In this document: positions 25,331 through 38,115 of the stretch, one piece after another
Layout of the letters: every line of letters begins with the position of its first letter
Position numbering within the stretch: the first letter of the stretch is position 1
Source of the DNA: the human T2T-CHM13v2.0 reference genome, Homo sapiens
Assembly: GCF_009914755.1 (NCBI RefSeq)
Contig: NC_060947.1
Direction: 5' to 3' (one strand)
DNA length: 64,000 nucleotides
Translations under genes and position numbers: made by a program
Notes under the pieces: model-generated
The model's database searches: none
What the model was told of the DNA's origin: nothing
Seen by the model: the letters and a program-made list of their open reading frames with translations, nothing else

Positions 25331-25810
25331 CTAGGAAAAATATTCTTAACTCATTCTCTGAGTTTAAGTAGGGTATTAGCAGTTTAATGATGATGGGGTA
25401 ACAGTTATATGTAAGTATGAGTGTGTGAATGTGTTTATCTGTCTATCTGAGTGAATGAGAGAGTGAAGAGGCAGGGAGAGAGAGCATAAGCAATAATAAC
25501 AGAAGGTAGGATAGTAATTTACCACTCTTACTATGAGGTGTGGGTGTACTGTTCTAGATGTGTAACTAAAAGGAATAATTTTAACCTGATTATTTTCATC
25601 ATACCCACTTGGTGGTCATTTTGTAAACTCCCACAGCTCTTGTAACAGTATATCTCAATAGTAAAAAAGTCTTTGAAATCTATATTGGGCACGCTGGGTA
25701 AAGTGCATCTTTTTTCTTCCAGGAATCTCTTTCTAACAGTGGAGAAACCAACTGGTGAAGATCAATAAAGAATGCTTGTTTTAAACAAGAGTAACTTATG
25801 CATACATATG

Positions 25811-25813
<3 letters not shown>

Positions 25814-25888
<75 letters not shown>
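25814..25888. repeat. Compound (CA)n(GA)n microsatellite
   Basis: Direct reading of the sequence. Confidence 0.95.
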
Positions 25889-25892
<4 letters not shown>

Positions 25893-26424
25893 AAGGAAGA
25901 ATAAAATCATCTTATTTTACAAAACACCAGCTGTGTTCCAGTGTTCTATCTATTGAAAATGAGAAAGTATTTGACTAAAATAAAAAAAGAGGAAGGAAAT
26001 AATTTAAAAATGGACCAAAAAAAAAAACAGTCAGGAGAAGAAAGCTATATTGAGGAAATCCTCTTGACAGCTAATATTATTTTTAGCATTACTAATTTGA
26101 CTTCCTTGATAATATCAGCACTTTTACTATTACAATCTTAATGACTTGGGAAATGCAAGCTGGATAGAAAATGTCAAACTGGAAAGGAAAATTTCAAATG
26201 TTTTGCTTTGTAATTAAGGCCTGACAAATATAAGTCAATTTTAGCATAATAGATAGATTATCAAGTAGGGACATTTAGCTAATGTTAGAGGTAAAAAAAA
26301 TTATAATTTATATTTGAATACATTCTGAGATGGCTTCAGTGTGCTGACATGTTTTAAAAAGTGTAACAAGTCTTAACAAGATTCCAGGAGGGGATACACA
26401 CATGTGGACACACACATACATTCC

Positions 26425-26637
26425 CAACTATCTGTAAAGGGCCAGAGAGTTCATATTTTAGGATTTTATGGGCCACACACTCTTGATCACAACTACTTAT
26501 CTCTGCTGTTGTAGCATGAAAGCAGTCTTAGACAATATATAATCAAATGAGCATGGCTGTGTTCCAATAAAATTTTCTTTACAAAACCAAGCAAAGAGCC
26601 AGATTTTGCCCCCAAGCCATAGTTTGATAAGCACTTA
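26425..26637 (+). mobile_element. MER58A hAT-Charlie MITE
   Basis: tctgtaaagggccagagag…tgtagcatgaaagcag…catggctgtgttccaataaaa…ccatagtttg. Confidence 0.85.
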
Positions 26638-27231
26638 TCTAATACATATTCATATGTTTCATATAGAGGGATAGCTTTTACTAGCAAGCAGTAGTAATAG
26701 GTGTGTGCATCATTTTAAGCCCTTAAAGAGCTAAATCATATCCAATCATTCAACCTTTAAAAAAATTTGAAAATTCATATATTTTATATTTTATCTGATG
26801 CAACCGTTCCTATTAATATTTAATTCAAATGAAAGTTGTTAAAATGAAGTGGCATTTTCATATTCAAATCTACTTTAAATGTATTCATGCTTGTCAGTGC
26901 CTCAAATAGAATCTGTGAAAAATTCTCATAAAATAGATCCTAAATTTTGTCAAATAAACTTGGAAAATAATTGCAGAATACTTATTTACCACTTCCCATA
27001 CATGATTTAGCTTAACTAAGGTGCCGATATCTGTGTATGATAGCAAGTTAGGTAGTAGGGGGGTTGGCATTTATCTTAAGGAGCCACAGTGACACTAATA
27101 ATTGATCAGAAATAGTCAAGTTCAAAGGAAGCACGTTCAAAAAAGATAGTGAAGTTTCTTTAGGTACAAGACGGAAAATGGTTGACTCTCTCTATACCTA
27201 ATATTAAAAAAAAAAAAGAATCTATGGTAAT

Positions 27232-27596
<365 letters not shown>

Positions 27597-28709
27597 TAAA
27601 AAGCATTTTAATTGGTAATTTTACAGTAACCTGGGATGCAGAATTGAATTGTTTTATGAATTAATCTCCAAGGAGTTACTTGAATTTGTTCTCTCTCTCT
27701 GTCTCTCTCTCTGTGTGTATATATGTACACATACATGTATATGCATATATATATGTATATTCTATGTAGCTCTATATGTTTTGTTCCATTAGACAACCTG
27801 GAATACATAAATGTTAAAAAATTTTTTGTGAAACAGTGGCCCACATTAAAAACGGTTCTCATTTTTGTTTGTCATTCCTCAGAACAAAACAGTATTTGGT
27901 GGTTCAACAAAATAGAAAATTAATTTTAAAAATAGAGAGGAAAATAAATTTAAATATGATTTTTCCCAGTAGTCCTATAATTTATCTTAATAAGAAAGGA
28001 GTACAGGTTTCAATGCAGCATTGTTCTAAGACTTTTTGTGCATATCAGAATTTGGATTCATGTTTTTTTAAAAAGGAAAAGAAACACTTGTCGTGGAAAA
28101 AGTTATTCAGTTAGTCAAAGTCAAAATAACAAAATAAGAAACGTCAAGTAAGTAAATATAACCTGGGAGTTCTGAAATAAAGATAACAAAATGATTTTAT
28201 CAAGTATCTAAAGTCTATCATTTCTAAAGTGGGTAAAGCTATCATAAATAAAGCAGAATTATATTTACTTTTCTAAATACTAAATTATATGCAGTATATG
28301 CATACAATTTGCTTTATTTAAGAAGATGGCTAACTTATCTGATTCTTTCTTTATATGTTTTAGATTAATTTTCTAGAGTTGACTCTCACTCAGGTCTAGG
28401 CAGAAAATTATTGGTGTGGAAAATATGCCCATTCCAGTGAGGTCATCTATTACATGTGCATGTAATATATGGCAGCAGGTAATTGAGACAATGTCTCTTT
28501 GAGATGGCAGTCCCCTTGAAGTCATTGCCAGGGAATATATTTCTCTTTAATTTTTTATGAGACAATTTAGGGAGGGGATTTTGTGACTTATCAGTTCCAG
28601 AAATTATACCTAGCAATACAGAAAATGATATGTTTTTTCTTGTGGATGGTACAGCTTTGTTAATTTTTGATTTTGAGATGCTTTAGGGTAGAGACCAGGC
28701 TTATCAGCT

Positions 28710-28812
28710 CAATGAGAACATGTGTTTTTGTATGTTTCATTCTTGGCCATATCACAAGTGCCTATAACAGTGCCTGGACAAGAGTACATGCTCAATAAAT
28801 ACTTTTGAATCA
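28710..28812 (+). mobile_element. L2 3' end
   Basis: gtgcctataacagtgcctggac…atgctcaataaatacttttgaat. Confidence 0.7.
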
Positions 28813-28919
28813 CAGGATTAACCTTTACATTGCCGATTGCCAGCAGAAACTTAGGAGAAAGCCATGGTGGATAATCAAAAAGTACGATTAAATTAAGTGG
28901 AAAGAGCAATTATAAATAA

Positions 28920-29279
<360 letters not shown>

Positions 29280-29682
29280 AGATTTTGTTTCTCACATAAT
29301 GAGAAGCTGAGTGCAATCTATATGCTGTAAGAATATCCCATTCCTACTCAATAGTGTCTTTATGACTATTACTTTAAAGAAATGAAGTAAAAGGTAGTTT
29401 TACTTCACATACAATATGTGAAGTAAAATGTAGTTTTGGTTTACATGTATATATGACTATATGATAATACTTCAGGAAGTCATTAATGAGGAAAACGATT
29501 CCAAGACACATACATAATCGGATTTTTTAGCTATTGTGTTTGTAGCTTACTTTCAACATTAGTAAGCAGTTGTAAGAGAACAGCCATTACCAATTACTGT
29601 AACCGCAGCATTACACAGGGAGAAATATGACTGTTGACCTTGAAATGAGTATAAGATCATCCCCAGTAGAAGATCACAGTCC

Positions 29683-29850
29683 AACAACTCTCAACTCTGG
29701 CTGCACATTGACATCATCTGGGGGAGCTTTTAGAAAATTTTTTTTATTAGATCTAGGCCCTACCTTCGGAGACTCTTCACTGTTTGGACGTCTGTACATT
29801 TTTAAAGCAACCCAAGTGATTCTATTGTGCAATTATGGTTGAGACGATCG
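29683..29850. mobile_element. MER5B-type MITE
   Basis: ctctcaactctggctgcacattgacatcatctgggggagcttt…cccaagtgattctattgtgca…ggttgaga. Confidence 0.7.
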
Positions 29851-31165
29851 AATGCTCTTCAAATTGTTTTACTCAGATAAATTTAAAGGAATTTTGAAAA
29901 AACGTGCACTATCTCCCATATTTCAACTATAAAACATTTCAGCATATGTTTAAACAGTTTCAAAGAATATACATTCCTCTGCATCATCTATGTGTTCTAA
30001 ATATATTTTGGTTGAAACTTTGAATTGGGTATTTAACTCATTTTGTTTGTGGGAAAAGATAACATTAAGACAGAGGCTTGCCCTGAATTTTTTTCCTTAG
30101 ACAAAATAAAGATCTGTACCTTTCAATATTTTCTTTAAGATATCTTCAATGGACTATCCCAAATGCTCAGCGCATTATTTAATGGTCCTTTTGTTTGATG
30201 CCCTGGAGGGTTTTACTCCCTGGAGCAATATGCTTTGATAAGATTTGCCATAGTGAGGTACGTCTTTCTTCTTCAAAGTAAGAAAAGTGTGGTTAGATAA
30301 GAGAATAGGCACATTATCAGATCAATTTTAGATGTGTCTGAAAGCTGAAGATCTGGAAATAGATTCCCTTAAATATGTTCATGTCTGTGTACTCCTTGAA
30401 AAGTCCTCATATTTTAGTGTATGTACCTCAGTTGGAAGGTAGCTGGATTAAACTTGGAGCTGGTAGTTTTGGGGAAGACAGAGACAAGGGGACAGGCATG
30501 AGAATTGGCCAATCCCTGGTGGGATCTCCAAACTGACCAGCAGGTTGATAGGTTGGTTGGGAATAAGGTGAGAACTTTTTAATGAGGGCCATGTGTGCAC
30601 CACATATCATAGCAAAATAGGAGTTCAAAACTAAGCAGACAAGCAACAATCTAAGCACAAATTTATAACAGCAGAAGAACCAGAGTTGGAGAGAAACGAG
30701 GGAGGTAGCCAGGAATCAAGAGGAAAAAATTCTGAAGGGCAAATAAAGATGGGAGAATGAAGTAGAAAAATTGTTCAAAAATCAGCAAAGCTATATGGGG
30801 AATAAAATAATACAATAAACATGACTACACCACCAATGAGAGATGCCATCACCAAAGAGGTGAGAATACATGAAGCTCGCCTGTCTTCCGTTTGATTTTT
30901 TTTTTTTTCTGTGTCTGCCCTTTGGAGTAGGAACAACTTCTCATGCATAGTAGAGGCAAAAACCAGCATCTGATAGTTCCATGTCTTCAGTGTGGAGTAG
31001 AAAGCAGGAAAGAGTGGGTAGATCCCGAGTGCACAGGAAATGCACTTATGTTCACTGAAAAGCCATACAGCATCCAACTATAGATGACATTGGCTGGAAA
31101 TATAGAATCACAAAAATTATTCACAGATCTTTTTTTTGCTGAAATCATTTTAAATAAAGTCTGAC

Positions 31166-31326
31166 GGGGAGGGAGAGCATCAGCATAAATAGCTAATGCA
31201 TGCAGGGCTTAATACCTAGGTGATCAGTTGATAGATAAAGGAAACCACCATGGCACACGTTTACCTATGTAACAAACCTGCACGTCCTGCACATGTATCC
31301 TGGAACTTAAAATTTTTTAAAAAAAG
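31166..31326 (+). mobile_element. L1PA (older primate) 3' terminal fragment
   Basis: gggagagcatcag…gctaatgcatgcagggcttaatacctaggtgat…aacaaacctgcacgtcctgcacatgtatcctggaacttaaa. Confidence 0.88.
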
Positions 31327-32599
31327 AAAGTATGTGGGAAAAAAAATATCTTACAGAGACCAGAGATTTTTTTCTTTTCAATACATTTCTTTAGTTTTTG
31401 TTTTAACCAAAACAGAGTTCCAACAGTTATCTCTTCAGTAAATGAAAGCATCTCCTTAAGCTTTAAGTGGTACTTGAAATTTTAAAAGAGGATTATTTTT
31501 TCCAACTCAGTGAGGTTATAATATACACTCCAACAACTTTATAAAAGCAAGAGAAGTAGAGTGTTAATTGTTAATTATATGAAAGTGTTCAGGCAAAGGA
31601 ACTTTTACCTTGAAAGCCTTTACTCTTTAGCATCAAAATAAGCTTGAAAGTTCTATGGTATTTAGGGAGGATATTTTAAATTTCCCCTACCCAAGAAAAC
31701 TGGATAAGGATTAATACAAAACCCCCTCCAGAATATTAATTTAATTAAGTAGTTATCCAAAGTGTTATCACAAATACATGATGTGAGTTCACACTTCAGG
31801 CCCTTACATTTTTATATTGCATGGCATTTGTCTTTTTAATTAAAAAAACCCCACAGTTCTATTGTATTGCCATGGGGTTTTTCATTTAATTTTCCATTTA
31901 AAAGTAGTTTTATTTCTCCTTTTAATTTAATTAAAAACGTTAAAATTGTTAGGGAAAAAAAGAAGAAAATCCTGAGTCATCACTCTTTCCTTCCTTATTT
32001 ATTCACATTATTGATGAAGGTCTGTCTAGAACAAACCACTGATAGCACATTATCCTTTGAAAGGCAGTGAAACACCGAAAATTGGAGTTTGCTCACTTTG
32101 AGGATCATCGAAAACAAACAGCTGAAATATTTTTTTCCTTTTAGAAAATTAAAAAAAAAACTGATATGAAATTTCCTCTATTTAGAAGCCCATGTCTACC
32201 CAAAAATAGAAAAAAATGTTTTCTCAAAAGCCCGGAATTAGAACATCTTACGACATCTTCAACTCTAAGTTGAATTTCATTAAAATATTTTGTTGCACGT
32301 TTTTGAAGTGGCAAACATCTTGCTTTTTGGAAATCTCAGTTTTAAGAAATGAAAGAGGTAAAGAGTATTTGAATTATAATCATTGTCTAAGCCAGGATCA
32401 GTTTTCTGGGGTGGGAGTACAGAGAGATGCATCGGGTAGGGGGCTAGTGGTCATGGCTAACTGTTATAAAACTTCTATTGATGCCACCCATTTGGATGAC
32501 ATGAGATTGGATATGGGCTAAGACTTTTGTTGAAAGGAACGTTGTTTACTTGGAAGTGTTCCAGTAGGCATTTGCCAGTCACAGAATACAAGAAAGAAA

Positions 32600-32730
32600 A
32601 AGGGAGTCATTCATTTTATTTCGTTAAAACATGTGTTGAACATCTACTAAATGCTGTAATCTGTGCTAGGTGCAGAAGATATAATAATAAAACCAGCCAA
32701 AAGCGTGATTCTCATGGTCGCCAGATTGAA
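32600..32730 (-). mobile_element. L2 3' end
   Basis: tcattcattt…tgttgaacatctactaaatgc…tgtgctaggtgcagaagat. Confidence 0.6.
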
Positions 32731-32939
32731 AAGGGGCTTATCAGTTACGGAAGACTCAATGCTTCCAAAGCTTTAATACCACCCACTTTTTATTGACCGT
32801 TTATTAACCCATTTTGGCTAGGAAAGGGAGTGAAAGAATGTTTACATGCATATTTATATCACTATTTACATAAGATATTTTTTCTAATAACACTTGAAAT
32901 TGCGTTTTTAAATTGTTTTATGGAAGAATTTTGAGCCCA

Positions 32940-33240
32940 AGCTGGTACGGTAGCTTACTCCTGTAATCCCAACACTTTGTGAGGCCCAGGTGAGAGGATA
33001 GCTTGAGCCTGGAAGTTCACGACCAGCCTGGGCAACATAGTGGGAGCTTGTCTCTACAAAAAGATAAAAAATTTAGCCATGCATGGTGGCATGCGCCTGT
33101 GGTCCCAGCTACTCAGGAGGCCGAGGAGGAAAGATCACTTGAGCCCAGGAGATCTAGTTTGCAGTGAGCCGTGATTGCACCACTGTACTCCATCCTGAGC
33201 AAGAGAGTGATGCCCTGTCATAAAATAAAATAAAATGAAA
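32940..33240 (+). mobile_element. AluJ
   Basis: Diverged dimer with (taaaa)n tail. Confidence 0.9.
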
Positions 33241-33276
33241 TAGTAATGTATACCAGCTTTTATTTACCTCTATTCT

Positions 33277-34395
33277 TTTTTTTTTTTTTTGGTCCAAAGC
33301 ATGTGTTTCCTTTAATTTTTTTTCTTTAACTTTTATTTTAGATATGGGAGTACATACACAAGTTTGTTACATGGGTATATTGTACCCAGGTAGTGAGCAT
33401 AATACCCAATAGGATGTTTTTTGACCCTTCTTCCCCACCCTAAGTAGTCTGTAGTGCCTATTGTTATCATGTTTATGTTCATGTGTGCTCAAAGTTTAGC
33501 TCCCATTTATACGTGAGAACATGCGGTCTTTGGTTTTCTGTTCTTGCATTAATTCACTTAGGATAGTGGCCTCCAGCTGCATCCATGTTGCTACAAAGGA
33601 CACGATTTTGTTCTTTTTTGTGACTGCATAGTATTCCATGGTGTACCACATTTTCTTTATTTGATCCACCACTGATGGACACCTAATGTTGATTCCATGT
33701 CTTTGCTATTGTGAATAGCATGGGTGAAGAAGATACAAGTGCATGTGTCTTTTTGGTAGAATTATTTGTTTTCTTTTGGTAGAATTATTTGTTTTCTTTT
33801 GGATATATATTTAGTAATGGGATTACTGGGTCTGTTTTACATTCTTTGAGAAATCTTCAAACTGCTTTCCACAGGGGCTGAACTATTTTACATTCCCACC
33901 AACAGTGTATAAACATTCTCTTTTCTCCGCAGCCTCACCAGCATCTGTTATTTTTTGACTTTTCAAATAGCTGTTCTGACTTGTGTGGATCATATCTTAT
34001 TGTGGTTTTGATTTGCATTTATCTGACAATTAGTGATGTTGAACATTTTTTCCTATGTCTGTTGGCTGCTTGTACATCCTTTGATCTCGAACTCCTAACC
34101 CCAAGTGATCCACCTGCCTCAGCCTCCCCAAAGTACTGGGATTACAGGCGTGAGCCACTGTGACTGGCCTTGTACATCCTTTGAAAAGTGTCTGTTCATG
34201 CCCTTTGTGGTTTTTACTTGTTGATTTGATTAGGAATCTTAAGTTCCTTATACATTCTGGATATTAGACCTTTGTCAGAGCATAGTTTGCAAATATTTTC
34301 TGCCATTCTGTAGATTGTTTACTCTGCTGATAGTTTCTTCTGCTGTGCAGAAGCTCTTTAATTAGGTCCCAGTTTTCAATGTTTGCTTTTGTTGA
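33277..34395 (-). mobile_element. L1PA15/16-like 3' fragment with extra 3' sequence
   Basis: L1 3'UTR and ORF2 end; 15-bp TSD attt[a/g]cctctattct at 33262-33276 and 34396-34410; internal 23-bp tandem duplication at 33751-33796. Confidence 0.88.
34085..34169 (-). mobile_element. Tailless Alu 5' fragment (85 nt) inside L1
   Basis: First ~85 nt of Alu only; flanked by the direct repeat cttgtacatcctttga (34069-34084, 34169-34184). Confidence 0.88.
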
Positions 34396-34636
34396 ATTTG
34401 CCTCTATTCTGAAAAATTCTGTCACGTACCATAAATATTTTGCTGTAGTAAGTTAGGTAACACATTTAAATAATTAGCTCAACATCCTGAAATATGGACT
34501 ACTGCCAAATGGATACAAGAATATATACAAAGAGAGTTCTACTCCTTGGGCAGTCAAGTTGCACACACACAGTGTTCAGATGGGTCCTTGGACCATGTCA
34601 AATCACATTGAAGTAAACAGTAGTTGGTGATTAGAT

Positions 34637-34720
34637 TAGGATGAAATATAAAATCCATAAAAGTAATCGCATAAAACTTTTAAATGGCAAAACTGCAATT
34701 ACTTTTGCACCAACCTAATA
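34637..34720. mobile_element. MADE1 mariner MITE (degenerate)
   Basis: aatggcaaaactgcaattacttttgcaccaacctaata = MADE1/Hsmar1 TIR. Confidence 0.8.
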
Positions 34721-34788
34721 AATAGTTTCTCTTTATTAGGACATGCAGATATAATAATTAGCCTTTCTCTGATCGGTATGGTCTAGAT

Positions 34789-35160
34789 CAGAGATCAGAG
34801 AACGTTTTTGTTTTTTTTTTTGAGACAGGGTGTCGCTGTGTTGCCTAGGCTGGTCTTGAACTCCTGGGCTCAAGTGATCCTCCTACCTCAGCCTTCTAAA
34901 GTGCTGGGATTACAGGTGTGAACTACCATTCCCAGCCTCAGAAAACTTTTTTACGTAAAGGGCTAGATTGTAAATGTTTTCAGTTTTATGGGTCATGTGG
35001 TTTCTGTCACAACTATTCACATTCTGTCACAACTATTCACAGTCATGCTTTGTAGCTTGAAAGCAGTCACAAATACTAAGTAAATAAATGCATATGGCTG
35101 TGTTTATATAAAACATGAGGGGATAGATTTGGCGTGTGGTCCATAGTTTGCCAAACACTA
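34789..35160 (+). mobile_element. MER58A interrupted by FLAM
   Basis: gtaaagggctagattgtaaatg…ccatagtttgcc; 20-bp tandem duplication ttctgtcacaactattcaca. Confidence 0.8.
34805..34937 (-). mobile_element. FLAM_C monomer
   Basis: Monomeric Alu with T-tail; TSD tcaga[g/a]aac[g/t]tttt. Confidence 0.85.
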
Positions 35161-35189
35161 TCTAGACAACATAAAGGTTCAAAGGAGGA

Positions 35190-35700
35190 GGATATGACAT
35201 CAAATTGGGGCAATGAGAAAGTATTTCATTGAAGAGGTAGCACTTGCTATTATTCTTGAAGCCTGGTAGATGAGGTAAGCTGACATTGTGGGGTGATTTC
35301 TGGTGGACAGAATGTGGATAGTTTAAGAAATTGAATTTTTATGAACACTGAGCATTTCGTTATGGCAGAAATATAGACTCTGTGTAGAGGAGTGACTCTA
35401 GATGAGTTAGGAATGTAGATTTGTTCATGTTTTAGAGTTTTCAGTACCAGGATGAGGAACTTGTACCTAGCTTGACAGGCAATTATAGACCATTAAATAG
35501 TTTATATCACAATGGGATTTGGTAGAAACCACACTGGAAGACAGTCATTCTAGGAGTGGTGTGTGGAATAAATTAGAGAAGTAAGGGACTGTAAACAAGC
35601 GAGCGGATTGGAAGAGTGTCATAATAGCTTAAAAAGGAGACAATGAGGGCCCCAACATAGTCAGGTAAGAGGATTTCTAAAAAAGAGGTTGTTGAGGTAA
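35190..35700 (-). mobile_element. L2 fragment
   Basis: gaagaggtagcacttg…cttgaag…gacaggcaattatagaccatta, L2-like. Confidence 0.55.
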
Positions 35701-35711
35701 ACTGTAACATT

Positions 35712-36097
35712 CTAAAAATTATTTCTTTAATTGACAAAAATACTGTATATAATTGTGTACAACATGTTTTGAAATATATATACATTGTGAAATACCTAAA
35801 TCTAGATAATTAACATAAGCATTACCTCACCTACTTATCACTTTTGTGGTGAGAACACATAAAGTCTACTCTAAGCAATTCTAAAGAATCTAATGCATTG
35901 CTATTAACTCTAGTTATCGTGTTGTACAGTATGTCTCTTGAACTTATTTCTCTTATCTAAGTAAAATTTTGTATCTTTTGACCAACATATTGCCCCCCAC
36001 AGCCCTGGTCACTACCATTCTATTCTCTGCTTCTAAGAATTCAACCTTTTTAGATTCCACATATAAGTGAGGTCATGAGGTATTTGTCTTTCTTTGG
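35712..36097 (-). mobile_element. L1MA-type 3' end
   Basis: gcattacctcacctacttatcacttttgtggtgagaacac…tttttagattccacatataagtgag; TSD ctgtaacatt (35702-35711, 36098-36107). Confidence 0.88.
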
Positions 36098-36869
36098 CTG
36101 TAACATTTAAGGATGAACAACTGGGAACCTAAATTATTTCCAAGCTGTAGTCCCACCATATGCACCAATACTTTTAACGGAGCCTGCCTAGTTCCTGTTT
36201 CTAGAAAACTATTCAGTAAAACAGCCGTCTTCTATGTATTATGTATTTTTCCTAAGTCGTTACCTAGGGACTAGAACCCTGCCTAGATCCCTGTGCCCAG
36301 TGCTTCAAGCCGCCTTAACTATCTTGTAATATTGGCCTCTATGAATTTTTAAGTAGCAGAATCAGCTCCCCTGAGATTAGTTTATATCTCCCCACCTGGA
36401 GTCGACTGCATCTTGGGTCTTTGCTCAACTATCACTGGAGACATTCACATTTGCTGGGCGGCATTGTGCCGACCCATCATATTGATCTGTAACGTTTAGC
36501 CTGTGGTTGGGCAATTTCTTCCTGCAACTATTGTATCCCACTATGTCAAACAAACATCAGGTCCCATTTCTACTTACTCCAGCCTCTTGTAAGCAACTAC
36601 CCATACTACAGGCCTGAATACTGAGATTTGCCATACTTCAGCTTTTTTTAAAAACTGAGGAGTAAGAATTATAGACATTTGAGCTACTCCTCCTTGTATG
36701 TGTACTAATACCACTATGCAACTTGTCTATTAATATTATTACATACAATTTGAAATTATATTCAAAATAGTTAACAGCCTGGTCATTGACCCATCAAAAC
36801 ACTTGCCAGACATAAATAACTGCTTGCTTACCAGCTAGAAAAATCAGCCCTGCCTGTGACACAGAAATA

Positions 36870-38115
36870 AACCTTCACAAAAACACTAAAGAGAAGAGCT
36901 AAAACTATGAAATGTCCAAAAGAAAACATAAGAGATAATCTCTGTGACCTTGGAGTGGACCAATATTTCTTAAATATGACACAAAAAGCATGAACAAGAT
37001 AATAAATATTAATGTTAAACTTTATCAAAATTAAACACTTTTTTTTTCTTCAAGAGATATTATTAAGACAACCTAAAACCAAGCCACAGACTTGGGAAAA
37101 GTATTTTCAAAATATAAATCAGATGAGGGCTTTTATCCAGAACATAGAAAATGTATAACTCTTGATAATAATAAGAAAAACACATTTAAAAAAATAGCAA
37201 AATATTTGAATAGACACTTCTCGCAAGAAGATATACAAATGGCCAACAAGCACATAAAAAGTTATTCAATACCATTAGTCATTAGGGAAATGCAAATTAA
37301 AACCACATAGAAATACCACATTGCACCCACTAGAATGGCTAGAATCCAAAAGACTGACAATACTAAATATTGGCAATGAGGTAGAGAAACTAAAGTTGTC
37401 ACACATTGCTGGTGTGAATGTAAATTGATATAACCACTTTGGAAAACACTTTTGCAATATATTTTTAAAATTAAATATACTATGGATATACTATATACGT
37501 AACTATAAATACACTATATACATATATAACTATACAAAAATGTACTGTGTATATATGTGGAAATATATGTATATTGCATAAAACCCAGCAACTCCACACC
37601 TAGATATCTTCCCAAGAAACATGTTTATACAAACACTTGTAATTTAATGTTTAGACTAGCAGTATTCAGAGTAGCCCAAAACTGTAAACTCTCCGAATGT
37701 CCATCAACTAGTGAATAGATAAACAAAATATGATATAGGCATACAATGGCATGCTACTCTCCCCAAAAAGAAATAAATTACTGATATATGCAAAGACATG
37801 GATTGATCTCACAGGCATTATACTGGGTGAAAGAATCCAGACACAAAAGTGTAGGTATTTTATTATTTCCATTATATGACATTTCTAGAAAGGATAAAAC
37901 TATAGAGACAGAGGCAAAATCAGTGGGTTCCTGGGACCAGGGGTAGAATCACAGATTAGCTACAAATTGGCATGAAGAAACTTTGGGGTGATGGAAGTGT
38001 TTTAAAACTGGGTTATTGTGATAGTTGCACAAGTATATAAGTTTACTGAAACTCATTAAACTGAACATGTAAAATGGGTGAATTTTATTATTATATGTAA
38101 CAGAAAAGCTGTTGA
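36870..38115 (+). mobile_element. L1M (MD/ME-type) ORF2 end plus 3'UTR
   Basis: ORF 37092 tail LNRHFSQEDIQMANKHIK…LVIREMQIKTT resembles L1 ORF2p C-terminus. Confidence 0.88.
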
